DNA of 63,851 nt, the filler included, from Asterionella formosa (taxonomy: Eukaryota), in NCBI GenBank assembly GCA_002256025.1. It is 9 parts of 9 records of this genome, joined end to end, with 100 filler letters (N's around TTAATTAATTAA, not from the genome) between each part and the next. Parts side by side here need not be neighbours in the genome. Positions count along the whole stretch, not along the records: positions 35,564 to 42,568 come from NKIB01012551.1; positions 42,669 to 49,666 come from NKIB01012552.1; 7 more parts are not named here. One strand, 5' to 3'. Each line of letters opens with the position of its first letter. Within the stretch, counting starts at the first letter, position 1. The notes below the pieces were generated by a model that saw nothing but the letters and a program-made list of their open reading frames with translations, did not search any database and was not told where the DNA came from. The translations under genes and the position numbers were made by a program. Shown one piece after another: positions 35,579 through 48,027 of this stretch.

Positions 35579-37312
35579 TTGCGTTTTGCTAGGTGGCTCA
35601 TGGTGGGGGGTTCTGCATATTCAAAGGAATCGGATGAAGAACTGCATCACAATTTAGAGTCACTGGCGCGCTGTCTGCTACTGCTGCGAAAGTATGAAAT
35701 TCTATTTGGAATGCCGGAGCATGGAGGCCCACATGATCAAGAGTTTGTACTTCGAGAAGTGTGCAAGGACCTATATGCAGGCGGTACTCCGATTTGGGCT
35801 CTGGAGCCCGTCATGGTGAAGGCAGCGGAAGGACTCACAGGAAAAGAAGGCATCAACTTCCTGCTGCTTCCACGAAAGACGTTCATTAGTGAACCATCAT
35901 CTGGGGCCACGTCCATGTTTTCGACAGAGAGGGGATTTTGCATCAACAAGCTTGACTCGATGGAGCGAGTTGTGGTTCGATTGGCAAGTTTTGCCAGTAA
36001 TACCAATGGTTTTAGCAATGTGCCATCCAGGCCTCCAACTCCAGTGGAGCTGGAAAATGCAGCCCAAACTGGGTTGGCAAGCTTTGCCTGTGACGAAACG
36101 GACAGAGAAGCGCTCGCAGCGGAGATTCTTGCATTGGGATCAGAGGCACAAGGTCTATTTTTCTTTGTGAACACAATTACGTCCCTGTATGATACTATGA
36201 ATTCAGAAAACGACAGTGCGCCGTCCATAAGTTCGTTTTGGAAGGTTGAGAATTCAACATGCAACCTTTTCAGCCGATTGGCAGCAATGGATGCAATGAA
36301 ATCCATTGAGAAGATAGACGACGAAAAAAGGGTCCTTTATTCACCTCTGATGATCATTTTCTTTCGGCTATGCAGTGCGGCTGGCGCCTGTGCCATCTGG
36401 TTCAATGGTTCTTGGCAGGACATGGGCATTGCTGGTGTGCTTGCTATAATGGTCGCGTACTTTGAGTCATCACCTGTGTTGACGAGACAAGAAAGGATTG
36501 TATTTGAGATCGTTGCAAGCTTTGCTGTCGGCCTCACTGCCGGACTCATTGCGCTCACGTGGCCCAACGAAACATGCTTTGGAGCAATGGCAGTTGCAGG
36601 CGTACTCGATATTTTGCAAGGCTTTAGGATAGTCTATGCAATTATTGAGATTATGAGCAAACATACAGTTGCTGGAGGTGCAGATTTGTTGGAAGGAATT
36701 TTATTCACTGGCTTAATTGCGTATTTTCTCAAAATCGGGCAATATGCTGCGGCACAAATACTGGGAGATTCTCCCAAAATATTTCTTGGGTGCAGCCACG
36801 GGATCGACAAACTTTGGTACTTCTTGTTCCTTCCCCTTGCAGCAGTTTCGTGGTCTGGCATTTTCATGCCAAATTACAATGATCTTCCTCTTATGGGTCT
36901 ACATGGTGTTTTGGCATATGGGGTCAATTGGGGACTTTCCAGGACGCACCAAAACGCGAATTTCAACAACTTCATTTCATCCCTGTGTGTAACTCTGTCG
37001 GCTGGCATAATTTCGCGGTTTTCGGGGCGACAAGCCGTAGGTAATACTGTAGCCGGACTATATGTACTTCTACCAGGTGCTTACCTTGTTGATGCACTCT
37101 ACTCAAGTGGTTCTGACGGTGGATTATTCATTGAAATCCTTCTTAGTGCTGTCATTATCGGCATTGGTGCCTGGACCGGGACCATGCTATGTTCCCCCAC
37201 GTTGCTCGGTACCACCCATGGCCTTCTCATGCAGAAACACCCCAGACATCATCGGTCGACAGGCGAGAGGCGACGACAAAAACAGAGGTCAAGCGCCATG
37301 CTTTTTTTCTAA
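35579..37312 (+). CDS. ThrE-family (threonine/serine exporter, DUF1212-like) membrane protein, 5' part cut by the contig edge
   Basis: A soluble region (LYAGGTPIWALE) is followed by about 10 TM helices, with FNGSWQD, ILQGFRIV and VLLPGAYL motifs. A probable splice acceptor (TTTTGCTAG) lies at about 35592. Confidence 0.8.
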   Translation: MRFARWLMVGGSAYSKESDEELHHNLESLARCLLLLRKYEILFGMPEHGGPHDQEFVLREVCKDLYAGGTPIWALEPVMVKAAEGLTGKEGINFLLLPRKTFISEPSSGATSMFSTERGFCINKLDSMERVVVRLASFASNTNGFSNVPSRPPTPVELENAAQTGLASFACDETDREALAAEILALGSEAQGLFFFVNTITSLYDTMNSENDSAPSISSFWKVENSTCNLFSRLAAMDAMKSIEKIDDEKRVLYSPLMIIFFRLCSAAGACAIWFNGSWQDMGIAGVLAIMVAYFESSPVLTRQERIVFEIVASFAVGLTAGLIALTWPNETCFGAMAVAGVLDILQGFRIVYAIIEIMSKHTVAGGADLLEGILFTGLIAYFLKIGQYAAAQILGDSPKIFLGCSHGIDKLWYFLFLPLAAVSWSGIFMPNYNDLPLMGLHGVLAYGVNWGLSRTHQNANFNNFISSLCVTLSAGIISRFSGRQAVGNTVAGLYVLLPGAYLVDALYSSGSDGGLFIEILLSAVIIGIGAWTGTMLCSPTLLGTTHGLLMQKHPRHHRSTGERRRQKQRSSAMLFF

Positions 37313-37500
37313 AAGCCCAGTGTTGAAGCCTCAAGCACACGATGTGGCTTCCCTGACTCAATCAAAACATTCTACTTTTACTGAACAAGATTGCGAAATA
37401 GTTTGGAAAGGATCACGAAGATCCCCAAACAATCAGGTTTCAATGGCAAACTCACAGTCCCTGTTGGACAGCAGCAAGGCCTGTAGTCTGAGATGTCAAA

Positions 37501-37610
37501 GAATTTCACTGATAGTTTTCATTTCTATGGCAGATGTGGTGAGATGAGAGTTGGAATTTCACTGATAGTTTTTAGTTCTGTGGCAGATGTGGTGAGATGA
37601 GAGTTGGAAT
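37501..37610 (+). repeat. 54-bp tandem duplication
   Basis: GAATTTCACTGATAGTTTT...GGCAGATGTGGTGAGATGAGAGTTG occurs twice. Confidence 0.9.
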
Positions 37611-38137
37611 TAGAAATCAGGCTATATGAGAAGACAACTTCAGAAAGTAGATTCAACCTTTTGTGCAGAAAATGGACTAGTGCAAGTTATGCTACTTTTC
37701 TATGAGCGTTGAAGGTTCAAACTGAAGGGGACTGAAAAATTTGCCCTCGTAAGACTCGCAATGAATGCTACGTAAAGTGGTGACGATCATGGCAAATTCA
37801 TTCCAAGGACGTGTACAGCAACGATTAATCAACAGACGAGAAGATGCCAACTTGCCATGAAGGAACAAAGTAATAGAAGAGAGCTATAGTCATTATTTAC
37901 TCCTAAACCAAAAATCATAGAGTGTAGGGTGAGATAGCTACCAAGAAACAAATAATGTTCAGGTTACCATGAGGCAACGGTCTAGTCCAAAAAATCCATT
38001 CAAGAATATCAATAAGAAAAATTTTAAGTTTTGAAAAGGTTTTGCCGTCCAATCGTACATGGAGACAAGGTTTAGATGATGTGGCACTACATAAGTCAAC
38101 ATCCTGACAATTCAATCTGACAAAGCGACATTGAAAA

Positions 38138-41100
38138 TTACTTCTTCCCCTTCTTGCTCTTTTTGCTTTTCTTTTTCTTTGACGAAATGGCCTCGGTTTC
38201 GTTGATCCTGGTTTCTTCAAGAAGTTTATTTTGAGTTTCAAGCAACGCCTCAAAGGAAGCTGAAAGCTTGTCGCAGGCATTGGCGACTGCTTTGTTTTCA
38301 GCATTGTCGTTGAATGCGGTAATTGCGGTTTTAAGCTCACTGAGTTTGGCAATTGCAGCTTCACCGAGAGGGGATTCTGTCTTCGTGAGCGCGATGACAA
38401 ACTTTTCTACGACCTTCAGGACGTCCCTAACTCTCTTTGCCTTCGTCATCTCCGGATCATCCAAAGTAGCCACAACAGTTGCTGAAAACGTGACAGCAAG
38501 AGCTTGGAGAGAAGAGTCCGCAGAGGGAAGCAAGGCGCGAGCTTTGCCATCCAATGTAGAGACTTGGCCCAAAAAAAGCGAGAGCAGACGGAATGCTTCA
38601 CCTTTCGAAAAGGAAGAGCGTGCATCAGTTGACGCCTTACAAAGTGGCAAGGCCAAAATGGCTTGAGCTATGAGTGGTTGCTGTTGAATAATGTTTTCAA
38701 AAAGATTTGCCTCCAATCGAGTGGTACGTTTTGTCGCCCATTCGTTCACCACATCATCAAAGAGTGCACTCATCTCGTCTAGTTGATCGTCAAGGAAGAC
38801 CAGTCTAGTTGCTGTAACGATTGCTGCAGAACAGCAACTTGATTGCACTGGTGAATCTGCCTTTCGAGCTTCGTCTAAGAGGCTTCCAATTAGAAGGATC
38901 ACATTCTTATCACTGCAAGCAGGACTTGAGATCAATTTACTTTTGCACAGCTTTGTCTGTAGTAGCACCACTTGCTTCTTGAGCATTGCTTGTTTCTCAG
39001 GAACACCAACAGGTGATTTCTTTGCAAGCTTTCCTTCTGAAGCGGATTTAATAGCTTTTTCCAAGGAGCGAATAGAACGAACCAAGGGCAGCGTAAAAGT
39101 CATGATCATGTCTTTAATAGTTTTGTCCTTCCAGCGCCGGCTAGGATTTGTGAGTAGAGTTTCGAGCAATAAGAGACAACGAATCTCGGCTGAAGTCTCT
39201 AGCTTTTCTCGCGCTTGTTGTCCAGCTTTTCTTGCTTCTTGTCTCAATTTAATAAGTTTCACAAGCGCACCGTCGGCACCTTCATGATGTTCAAGGTCCT
39301 CGCCTTCACTTTCATCAATCTCCTGCAACAGTAAAGTTTGAAGACGTTCTTTATCAATCTCAACTTCATCGTCCGTTTCCTTACTCATTTCCCCGCCATC
39401 ATCATTGTCGACTTTGTCAGGGTATTCGACGTCCATACCTTCTGACGCTGCTTTGGTAAAAATTCTTTCGTCGTCGTCATTCGAATCCTCCTCGTCTTCG
39501 CCCGATGAGCCTTCCTCCTCGTCATCACTTTCATTCTCACTCACTTCTTTATCGATTCCAACCGACGATAGAAGGGTGCTCATAACTTGCTCGTTCAGCA
39601 AAGATTCCGTGATAGTGGAACAAAATGCAGCTGCTCCAAGCCCTCCCACCCAAGCAAACTTCACAGCCTCCCGCAGTAATGATGGTGATGCACCCCTTAT
39701 CTCACTGCCGGCACCGAAAGGTGAAGCTAGCACTCCGGCGCAAACTTGAGCCAAATCATCCAACGGGTTTTCAATTTCTGGAACATTAGAAGGTTTCTCT
39801 TCTCCCTTCATCTGGTCGAGCAGCCCTTGGCAGGCACTGGCTAGGTCTGAAATCATTTCTTTCAACTCAGATTCTTCATCGTCTTCATCGTCCTGATCAA
39901 CGTCGTCGTCGTTCATAACACTCGGACGGCCACAGTGAAGGAAGTGCAAGTAGAGAGTCGATGCCAGAATGGCGCAGCCAGTAACGCATCCTTGAGTTGC
40001 CTTCGATTTGTCATCGTCTCCAGGTGTAAAGCCACAAGCATCCTTTTGAATCAGGAAAACAAACTTCTGGACCTCAGCGATATTTTCATCACTTCCGTCC
40101 GTCAAACGAGATGCTCCCATTTCTTCAAGTTTTTCCCATCCATTGCTTACGTTAAGAAGCAATGCAAGCATTCTTGAGTCTTTCTTCTTGTTAGTGGACT
40201 CCTTCTGCTCGTCCTCCTCATCTTCTTCTAACACATTCTTCATGGTGGAAACGGACACGGCGTCAGTAAGGAGTGAGAAGAATCTCGCCGAGAATATAGA
40301 ACGGATGTAATGCGACAACTCTGTTTTTTCCTTCTCTTTGAGGATGGACTTTAAGCGCAACCCCGCAGACGAATACGGATCAAGATCCTTTTTCTTCTTA
40401 GGCTTCTTCATCTCGGAACAATCGAAAAATGCAGCAGACATGAAGAATGCAAGCACACAGCGAGCAATGTCTTCTTTGAAAGCAGTGAATTTTTCGCCAT
40501 CAATTCCGAGGCGAAGCAATTGCTTGGATGCATCTACCAAGAGTCCTACGTAATCTAGCGCATTGGAATCGTTAGCGCCAACTTTGTTTCCTTCGGCGGG
40601 TTCCAACGCTAGATTAAGAATTTCAGTCTTCAAGTATGCAAAATACTCTTCCCACATCGTGTAAACAGCTGGCGAGCTTTCACTTGTCGCTTCAAGGCAC
40701 AATAACTTAGCAACAGTTGATGTCCTTGTGGTTCGATCAAAACGAGGCTCACAACGGATGAGCGCTTTGGCGATCGTCAATCTTCTGGTGACCACGATAT
40801 CGTCCCCAGAGAGGAATTCTGGACTCTCAGCAATTGACTCCAAAATGTGGGTGGCAAGTGGCTTCAACAGATTATCACCTCCTCGTTTCCCGCGTCCAGC
40901 ACAGATTACATCAATGAACAGCTTTTGGACAATTTCAGACGATAAAATACAAGTGTCTAGAAGACCAGCTTCCGCTGAAATAACAAAAAGTCCATCTGTT
41001 GTCGATATGTATTGAGCCCCACTGAGAACCTTGACAAGAGTAAGGGCAAGAGCCTTTTTTTCGTGCGATGCACTTCCTACACCTTCCTTCAACCCAAGGA

Positions 41101-42250
41101 GCGAGTCACAGATAACTGACTCAACCATTGCCTCGACCATCCCAGAAGCACTACCACCATCAACCGGACAAACATCCCGAAGGTATCGGATGGGTGGTCT
41201 TCCGTTTTGGGCCTTGTCACTAGCTTCAGATAGGTATGACCATATGACATCCCAGACTACATGTGTTCGTGGATAAGCAACAGCACTAGTAGCACTCAGA
41301 GCGGAAGCGAGAGCTGGCATGGAGTCTTTGGTCATAATTGCCCTATCCAAAGGTGAAGGCAGTTTTTCTTTGTGCAAGTGTGCTTTCCCCTGGATGCTGA
41401 GCCCGATAGCGATCTGCTCTGCATTCAACTGCCCCACGAAGGACTTGTGTTTTTTGCTAGGCTCGACGAAGACAGTAGGAATCACGATTTCTCGGACCAA
41501 ATGGTCAACAATCTTAGAAGAAAGCTTGCAAGTAGAACTGCGCTCATAGAAAGTGTTCAAAAACGAAATAATAGCAAAAGAAGCGGGTTCCCTCATCCAC
41601 TTCTTGTGGTTAAGAAGTTCAATAAGATCACTAGCAAAGCCGTCGAGGACGGTCTGAAGCTCCTCCTCATCAGCCTCCTCGCTAGGAACAAGAATACCAC
41701 TTCTAACAACGGCTAGAATACCAAACAATCGACCAAAATAGTAATCCCGCTCCTCAGATCCCTTCTTTTTTCCAAATTTACCCGCTTCAGCTTGACTCGG
41801 GTCACACGTCATTAGCAATCGATTTCGTATAAAAGAAAGTAAGGAAGGGCTTCCTTCAGCAGCATCCTCTTGAATCTGCTTCATTACTCCCTTTTCCAAG
41901 GCAATCTTCAGAAAGGAAGCAAAGGCCGACGCGTATCCTTGTCGGGCAGCAGCGCGACCTGAGCAAAGTCCGTTTAGTAATCGCTTGAAGGTGTAGCTCG
42001 CATCCTTGATGTTGGCGTCTGGTCCCAAAAGGCAGTGGTTGAGAAGAATCTGGGCAGATTCAGATCGTTCCGCGGGAACACTAGAAGCTAAGCCATAGAA
42101 GGAATCGAGGAACGAGACGGGTCCATCCGACCCATGCCCCTCTGGGGCATCTTCCGTTTCTTCATCGGTGCCGTCATCGCTAGGCAATTCGAAATCCTGC
42201 TCGTCCTCGTCAGCTTGCTCTTTTTCTTCAATTGCTCGTTTCTTTGCCAT
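38138..42250 (-). CDS. POL5: Pol5 / MYBBP1A (DNA polymerase phi family) nucleolar protein
   Basis: Intact 1370-aa ORF. Motifs YTFKRLLNGLCSGRAAARQGYA, EERDYYFGRLFGILAVVRSG and KKWMRE, an acidic tract followed by DGALVKLIK, and a Lys-rich C-terminus. Confidence 0.9.
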   Translation of the reverse strand: MAKKRAIEEKEQADEDEQDFELPSDDGTDEETEDAPEGHGSDGPVSFLDSFYGLASSVPAERSESAQILLNHCLLGPDANIKDASYTFKRLLNGLCSGRAAARQGYASAFASFLKIALEKGVMKQIQEDAAEGSPSLLSFIRNRLLMTCDPSQAEAGKFGKKKGSEERDYYFGRLFGILAVVRSGILVPSEEADEEELQTVLDGFASDLIELLNHKKWMREPASFAIISFLNTFYERSSTCKLSSKIVDHLVREIVIPTVFVEPSKKHKSFVGQLNAEQIAIGLSIQGKAHLHKEKLPSPLDRAIMTKDSMPALASALSATSAVAYPRTHVVWDVIWSYLSEASDKAQNGRPPIRYLRDVCPVDGGSASGMVEAMVESVICDSLLGLKEGVGSASHEKKALALTLVKVLSGAQYISTTDGLFVISAEAGLLDTCILSSEIVQKLFIDVICAGRGKRGGDNLLKPLATHILESIAESPEFLSGDDIVVTRRLTIAKALIRCEPRFDRTTRTSTVAKLLCLEATSESSPAVYTMWEEYFAYLKTEILNLALEPAEGNKVGANDSNALDYVGLLVDASKQLLRLGIDGEKFTAFKEDIARCVLAFFMSAAFFDCSEMKKPKKKKDLDPYSSAGLRLKSILKEKEKTELSHYIRSIFSARFFSLLTDAVSVSTMKNVLEEDEEDEQKESTNKKKDSRMLALLLNVSNGWEKLEEMGASRLTDGSDENIAEVQKFVFLIQKDACGFTPGDDDKSKATQGCVTGCAILASTLYLHFLHCGRPSVMNDDDVDQDDEDDEESELKEMISDLASACQGLLDQMKGEEKPSNVPEIENPLDDLAQVCAGVLASPFGAGSEIRGASPSLLREAVKFAWVGGLGAAAFCSTITESLLNEQVMSTLLSSVGIDKEVSENESDDEEEGSSGEDEEDSNDDDERIFTKAASEGMDVEYPDKVDNDDGGEMSKETDDEVEIDKERLQTLLLQEIDESEGEDLEHHEGADGALVKLIKLRQEARKAGQQAREKLETSAEIRCLLLLETLLTNPSRRWKDKTIKDMIMTFTLPLVRSIRSLEKAIKSASEGKLAKKSPVGVPEKQAMLKKQVVLLQTKLCKSKLISSPACSDKNVILLIGSLLDEARKADSPVQSSCCSAAIVTATRLVFLDDQLDEMSALFDDVVNEWATKRTTRLEANLFENIIQQQPLIAQAILALPLCKASTDARSSFSKGEAFRLLSLFLGQVSTLDGKARALLPSADSSLQALAVTFSATVVATLDDPEMTKAKRVRDVLKVVEKFVIALTKTESPLGEAAIAKLSELKTAITAFNDNAENKAVANACDKLSASFEALLETQNKLLEETRINETEAISSKKKKSKKSKKGKK

Positions 42251-42796
42251 TGTGTACTGAGGAAAACAGGCAAGGTTGATACAAATACGTGGTTTGCGAA
42301 AGGTAAGTCGGAATTACGGAACCAAACGAGAACAAAATCAAGACGACAAGAACAAATAACCAATGGAGCTACGACACCAACCACACATGTATAATGATAC
42401 ACAAATTATATTCAGGTATATAAAACAATCGATCTGCCTACCGGTAGTTTTGAATGGCTCTGGACTGTATTTCTCGTAACCACTCACTGTGAGCATCTTC
42501 GTACGTACGTAAGGACAGACAATTTTAGCATTGTACCTGTACATACCTCTGGTGCTCCCTTCCCTCTGNNNNNNNNNNNNNNNNNNNNNNNNNNNNNNNN
42601 NNNNNNNNNNNNTTAATTAATTAANNNNNNNNNNNNNNNNNNNNNNNNNNNNNNNNNNNNNNNNNNNNATGTCGCGCTTTTCTTGCAAGGTGAAGAACTT
42701 TCTCATTTTTCACTTTTCGGAAACAGTGATCATATTAATAAATATTAGAAAAATGCGCGCCATCCTGTAGAACTAATAAAATTAACTTAGGACTAT

Positions 42797-43280
42797 GTAA
42801 AACAAAACAAAATTTGTAAGTGCTCTTGTCGTTGGACCTATTCACTTCTGTTGGAACATAACTGACGGACACGCCAAGTTTACCTTCTCTCAAAGTTAAG
42901 CTAATGAAAATGAATCGGTAAGTTTTATTTGACAACATTGGATACATGAAACTTTACTTATTCAACAATTTACTGACAATTTACTATAACAGACTTATGC
43001 ACCACTTGCTTTGATTTGGCTGTGGTAAGTGAAGCAAGCTAGAGGATATGATGGAATGGCGTGATGTTGTGTCAGTGTAACATGACTAGCTAACAAGTCA
43101 TTCCTTCTCATTGTTACTGTAACTGCATAGGACAATAAAACCGATCAAGTAACGGAATAGTCGGCAAGTTCAGAATGACACTAACAGCAGGGAGAGAGAC
43201 GCAACATTAGTAAGGCATTGCTTGGCACAAGATTAAGAAAAGAGGAAAAAAAGGGCGAGACAGGAACAATATACATTGAG
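42797..43280 (-). repeat. Dispersed repeat family A, copy 2
   Basis: Reverse complement of 5202-5685. It directly abuts a family B end. Confidence 0.85.
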
Positions 43281-43287
43281 CCAAGTA

Positions 43288-43383
43288 AAATAAAATTATT
43301 AGATGATATAACGAAAAATTATGATCAGATGATCACAATCCTGTGATGCATCATGGGAATATGATAGTTTTTATTTGCAGACG
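43288..43383 (+). repeat. Dispersed repeat family B, terminal fragment
   Basis: Matches 19533-19624 and ends TTTGCAGACG. Confidence 0.85.
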
Positions 43384-46300
43384 TACTTTACTGTTATCTG
43401 GGATGTTTTGCTCCGCTTTTCCACACTGCTGTTGACCTCGAAGAACACTAACGTCATGCAATGAGTGCTACCATTTTACAGAAATATCGAAGAGTTGTCT
43501 GCTGTACTATGTTAATGCAGCTAGTGGAAATGACATTTGACAGGGTGATACAAGCACCCTCTTCATCCAATAACCCCATCAACAAGTGCCGCAACAGAAA
43601 TTTAACCCACCAAGAAAAGAATCAAATGCTATCACTAACGCCACAACAGCAACGAATGAAATCTACAAAATTCAAAAAAGAGGCCTGTTTTCGATCAGTA
43701 CACATAAGTGACAACAAGCGCCCACAAGCAACAAGCAACAACCAGGCCATTTCACGCAATCTACGAAGTGACAATGATACCGGAAGATCTCACTGCCAAG
43801 AATCAACACACCAAGTCATAATGAGCGCATCAACAGCAATGACATATACGAAATCAAAGAACAAGACTGTTTTCACAACACACAAGAACCGCCCACAAAT
43901 GCCCACAAATGCCCACAACAGACAACAACCAACAAGCACAATGGTACCGGAAGATCTCACTGCCAAGAACCAACACAAGGCATATTGATAATCACATCTA
44001 CGGTTTCATTAAGAAATAAATTGTTAGCATAATAATACTTCTCTATGTTCTAGTTTCATTTGAGATTTGATTGTTGATTGATTTTCGACTTGAACTAGTA
44101 CAGCTTACGAGCAAATATGACAGACCATCACACCATGATAAATGAAAAATACGCAACGAAGCTAGTAGTATATTCTGGTTCCACTATACTGTTCCTATTT
44201 TGTATAGACAAACTCACCCAATTACTGTAACAGTCGCACATAGTCTCCAATGAATCCAAATACTACCAGACAGGCCTGTTGCCTTTAAAGGTTGTTTTTA
44301 GATGCGTAGCGGTCTTGGAAGGGACTGCCATGGTGGTTTGAAAGTCACTAGCTTTGTCGTGTTAATTGATTTGTTGGGGTACCCAATGAATTTCGACCGA
44401 TGATTACTATGAACTAGTCTTAAAACGTACTGTAGGTTTTCATTGACAAGCCTCTTCAAAAAACCTCTGGGAAACTAGCAAAATAAGTTTTAGCTTTAAC
44501 AACAACCCAGAAAACTGGTAAAGTTTGACTAGCGCATTATTGCATGTGGTGGAGCCAATTTCTACTTGTTTAAATATTAAGACACTTAATTGCATCATGG
44601 GAATGCACAGAAACAAATTCCCTGCTCCATGCCAATTTATAACCCTAGCCATTTTTTACTCCAAATTCGTGTTAAGCCGGGGCCTCAACTTTAAACCAAA
44701 ATTTCAATTCTTCGGAACCTGTTTCTTCCTTTCTAATCTCTGAATTTATCAAATTATTTCCAGTCGTTTTTATTCAACCAGCAGGCGCGAACCGCTGGAA
44801 GTTTACTTGATTTATCACAAACCTCAGCGCCTTCATTGTTGATTGTTGATTGTCAACTGTCATTGCTCGAATGTTTTCTAGTGATATGCATGTCCTCTTT
44901 CATAAACCTCCTGAAGTATGCTCAGTTTTCGATTTAGTGCAACACGAATAAAAACAGAAGGCATGAAGAGGAAATACTCTCGGCAATGGAGCGAGTCTTG
45001 GGTGTATCATTGTTCCATCATCATGTTTTGAGGCAGACTGGAGTGGTGATTTTCAGGATTGAGGTATGGGAAGGAGGCTGTTAAGTGCAAGTAAATACAC
45101 TTGGAAGTAATTTTGCTTGCTGTCCCATGAGGTGTTCAGCCAGCCATATTCAACAATCTTCCGGTGTCACCATTTGTTAGGAGGACAAATTATTCACTCT
45201 ATATGTTCGTAGAAATTTAATTTAAAAATGTAGACTTAAAAGTGTTAATCAAGAATGCATCTACTTCTCCTCGATTCACAACAGTAGCTGTATTGTTTGT
45301 TATCATTTGCAAGAAAAACCATGATGGACCTATCAATCAATTTGTTGCAACAAACCGGCACACAAGTCACCATGATGGTACCAGTTAAAAACTGTAAGCC
45401 ACCATTATTTTACTCCATCTTCCGACTGAAAATATTAAGTTATTCATTAATCGAAACCTGCTGATAAAAGTATGAAGAATATGTTAGATGATAGACTCTA
45501 CTCAACGAATAAGTATTCAATTTTGATTCAGTGTAAACAGTCACGAAGATCTAAGTTTTTCGAAGTCATTAAGATTGTTGCATAATGGTTGCTTACAGTG
45601 CATATTTTTTTATCTGTACATGCATATATTTTCCTCCCAAACCGTGATTATTTTTACTCCGTTAATACATACTAGAAAAATTCTTTTCGTATGACTTAAC
45701 CTGTTACCAGAAGGCGCGATACAGTATGCCTTTGCGCTTGCATTATCACAAATGCTTCTGACGCATATCATAGTGTATTCGAAAACATAATGATCTCGTA
45801 CCACCAATTAATTATACTAAATTAATTCTATCGGAAGAAAATTAATATTCTTGTACATATACCGGTACACGTATAGAGAAGGCGATGCCAGCTCAATAGA
45901 GTAAACGTGACAATATCCATCTTTCGCAATTTCGCGTGCGTAGATAAGCCGTAATAAGTATTTAAACAACTTACTCAATGCAACAATACATACAAGTAAA
46001 GAATACGTAATTATTTACTCGCTATATAAATCTGAACAACTCGTTCGTAACAATAATTAACGTATCTTGCAAACTAAGTTCAAACTGTGCGTTTACTTCA
46101 TTTAGCGGTGGCTTGCTTGAAGGTTCAAAAGGCGTCATAGCATTGGCTTGCAGTTCTTCACTGGTACAAGGCACTACCAACTTCGGCGGTTCCACCATAA
46201 AAGAAGGTGGTTGTGAAAAGTTAAAATGTTCGATCATAGAGAAAAGTGAAGAAACGAAAAGACAAAAATTCCCTAAATAACCATTTGTCAACATGACGTT

Positions 46301-46779
46301 CCCGTAGACGACATACCAGAGCAAAATTTCTATCTGTCACAAGGGCTGTTCCATGTGTCAGGATCAAATAAAAGATTTCAACATGGGATTTTATTATTTT
46401 CAATCACACTCCAGTAGTCTAGCTACCTGTACCGGCAGCCAAGCAAATGTAGGAAATTGTGTCAGTTCTCCAGGCAGTACTATGTAGAGTTATTCTGATG
46501 CATGCCATTGAGAGAATGGGCGCACTCTGATAAAAATTATTATATCATGTGTGTATTATAACACAAACTATTTTGTTGATCTGCTACATAATATCGTCCT
46601 TGCGCTCTGATAATAAAGATATTTTAGATTACTTCTCTGACATTACTAGATATATTTTTAACTTTAATTTTCAGCAGTTAAATTTTCATATCGATGCATC
46701 CTCTTGTATGCTATGCCGCCTCTTGTTCATTATTTGCAGGAGTTCTATGTATTCATCATCGTTGGTCACTTATCATGTC

Positions 46780-47984
46780 GACTTTCATCTCATCTCATCT
46801 CATCTCTTGATGATGATGATGATAATGATGATGATGACAATATGATCACATTGCTACTGTTAGCAATGTGCTATCCACCAGAAAATAAGACGCCATTGTT
46901 CAGGGAAAATTTGACTGTTGATGAAGTCAGAAGAAGAAGTGGCAAAATCCGTCGCCACGCACTACAGCATCAATTTTCGAATCCATTCTGGACTTTGTTC
47001 AACAACAAGCATGATGATGCTCTGATTACCTTGTGTGCTTCTTTCGAGCTCCTACACCAGCTGTTCAAACCTTGTTTTTATTCCTTCACTCCCTGTAGGA
47101 AAAAATACGAATTTCATTGTTAGAAATTCAACAACCAAGAAAGGTCGGCAAAGATACCTCTGTTCCATCAGTTGTCTAGCTCTTGGGTTAGCATGGACCA
47201 GGACTCGTGTTTCCTATTTGATTCTTCAGATTATTTTCGGATTAACTCATGGTTCTTTGAGTGTTTGGTTGAGGTTTTCAAGGTGAATGATTGTAAAAGT
47301 ACTGCTGACACAGGAAGATGCCATTGTGAGACTGCCTACTGCAGACAAAGTCACCTTGTTTGCAACCATGATCAATCAGAAATTCCCACTTATAACCAAT
47401 TTTTGGGGAGCAATGGATGGACTGAAACTAAACCTGCAACAATCTGGAAATGAAACAAAGCAGAACAACTTCTACTATGGATGGACTCATGAACACTGTG
47501 TGACAAACTTGTTTCTTTTTTCACCAGATAGAAAAATTCGCTGCTCATATTTCAATGCACCTGGTGTACTACATGACTCCACTATGTGGCGAATTGTTCA
47601 TCAATCTATGATCATATTGAAGCAGTTTACAGGGATACAGGTAAAAAGTAGTTGTGGATTCAGCATTTTGCATCTAAGAAATCAAATGAAATGTTGAAAT
47701 CGCATCAAAATAATGTTGATGCAAATGGTAAACCTCAACAAAGCTTTGGTGTTGTGCATCGCCAAGCCACCTCAATCTGACAGCTGTCGGAATAGGGAAT
47801 GCGATGCCTTCAGGGATCATTTCCGAGAATCAAAGACAAATTTCGTTGTGAAGAAAAAGGCGAGAGAAAATTAAAACTCCAAATGATTGAATTGCTCTAC
47901 AACTTTCATGCTAGTAAAGTTGGTCAGAACCAATTGCTTCAGTGTATATGCCCTATTTGCATAGAAAATAGATATGCCATGTAA
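46780..47984 (+). mobile_element. Degenerate PIF/Harbinger transposase (DDE_Tnp_4-like)
   Basis: RRRSGKIRR..L, DDALITL, CLALGLAWTRTR, WGAMDGLKL (D), NNFYYGWTH, NAPGVLHDS, KVVVDSAF (D) and LSE*GMR.LQGSFPRIK (E). Frameshifts and stops throughout. Confidence 0.85.
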
Positions 47985-48027
47985 TTCATAGAATTTATTC
48001 ATTCATGATTATTTACCACCACTTCTT

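Noticed and set aside
35593..35612. Programmed frameshift at the G6 run at the start of the ThrE exon
   Set aside because: It lies at a contig edge, the exon phase is unknown, and a homopolymer error or ordinary splicing explains it.
38268..41716. Many plus-strand ORFs opposite Pol5, and similar antisense ORFs over ThrE, DUF1647, Copia and myosin
   Set aside because: They are shadow frames of real coding sequence and carry no motifs.
43461..43988. 175-aa ORF
   Set aside because: It is A/C-rich low-complexity sequence with an internal duplication (CCGGAAGATCTCACTGCCAAGAA twice) and has no domain signal.
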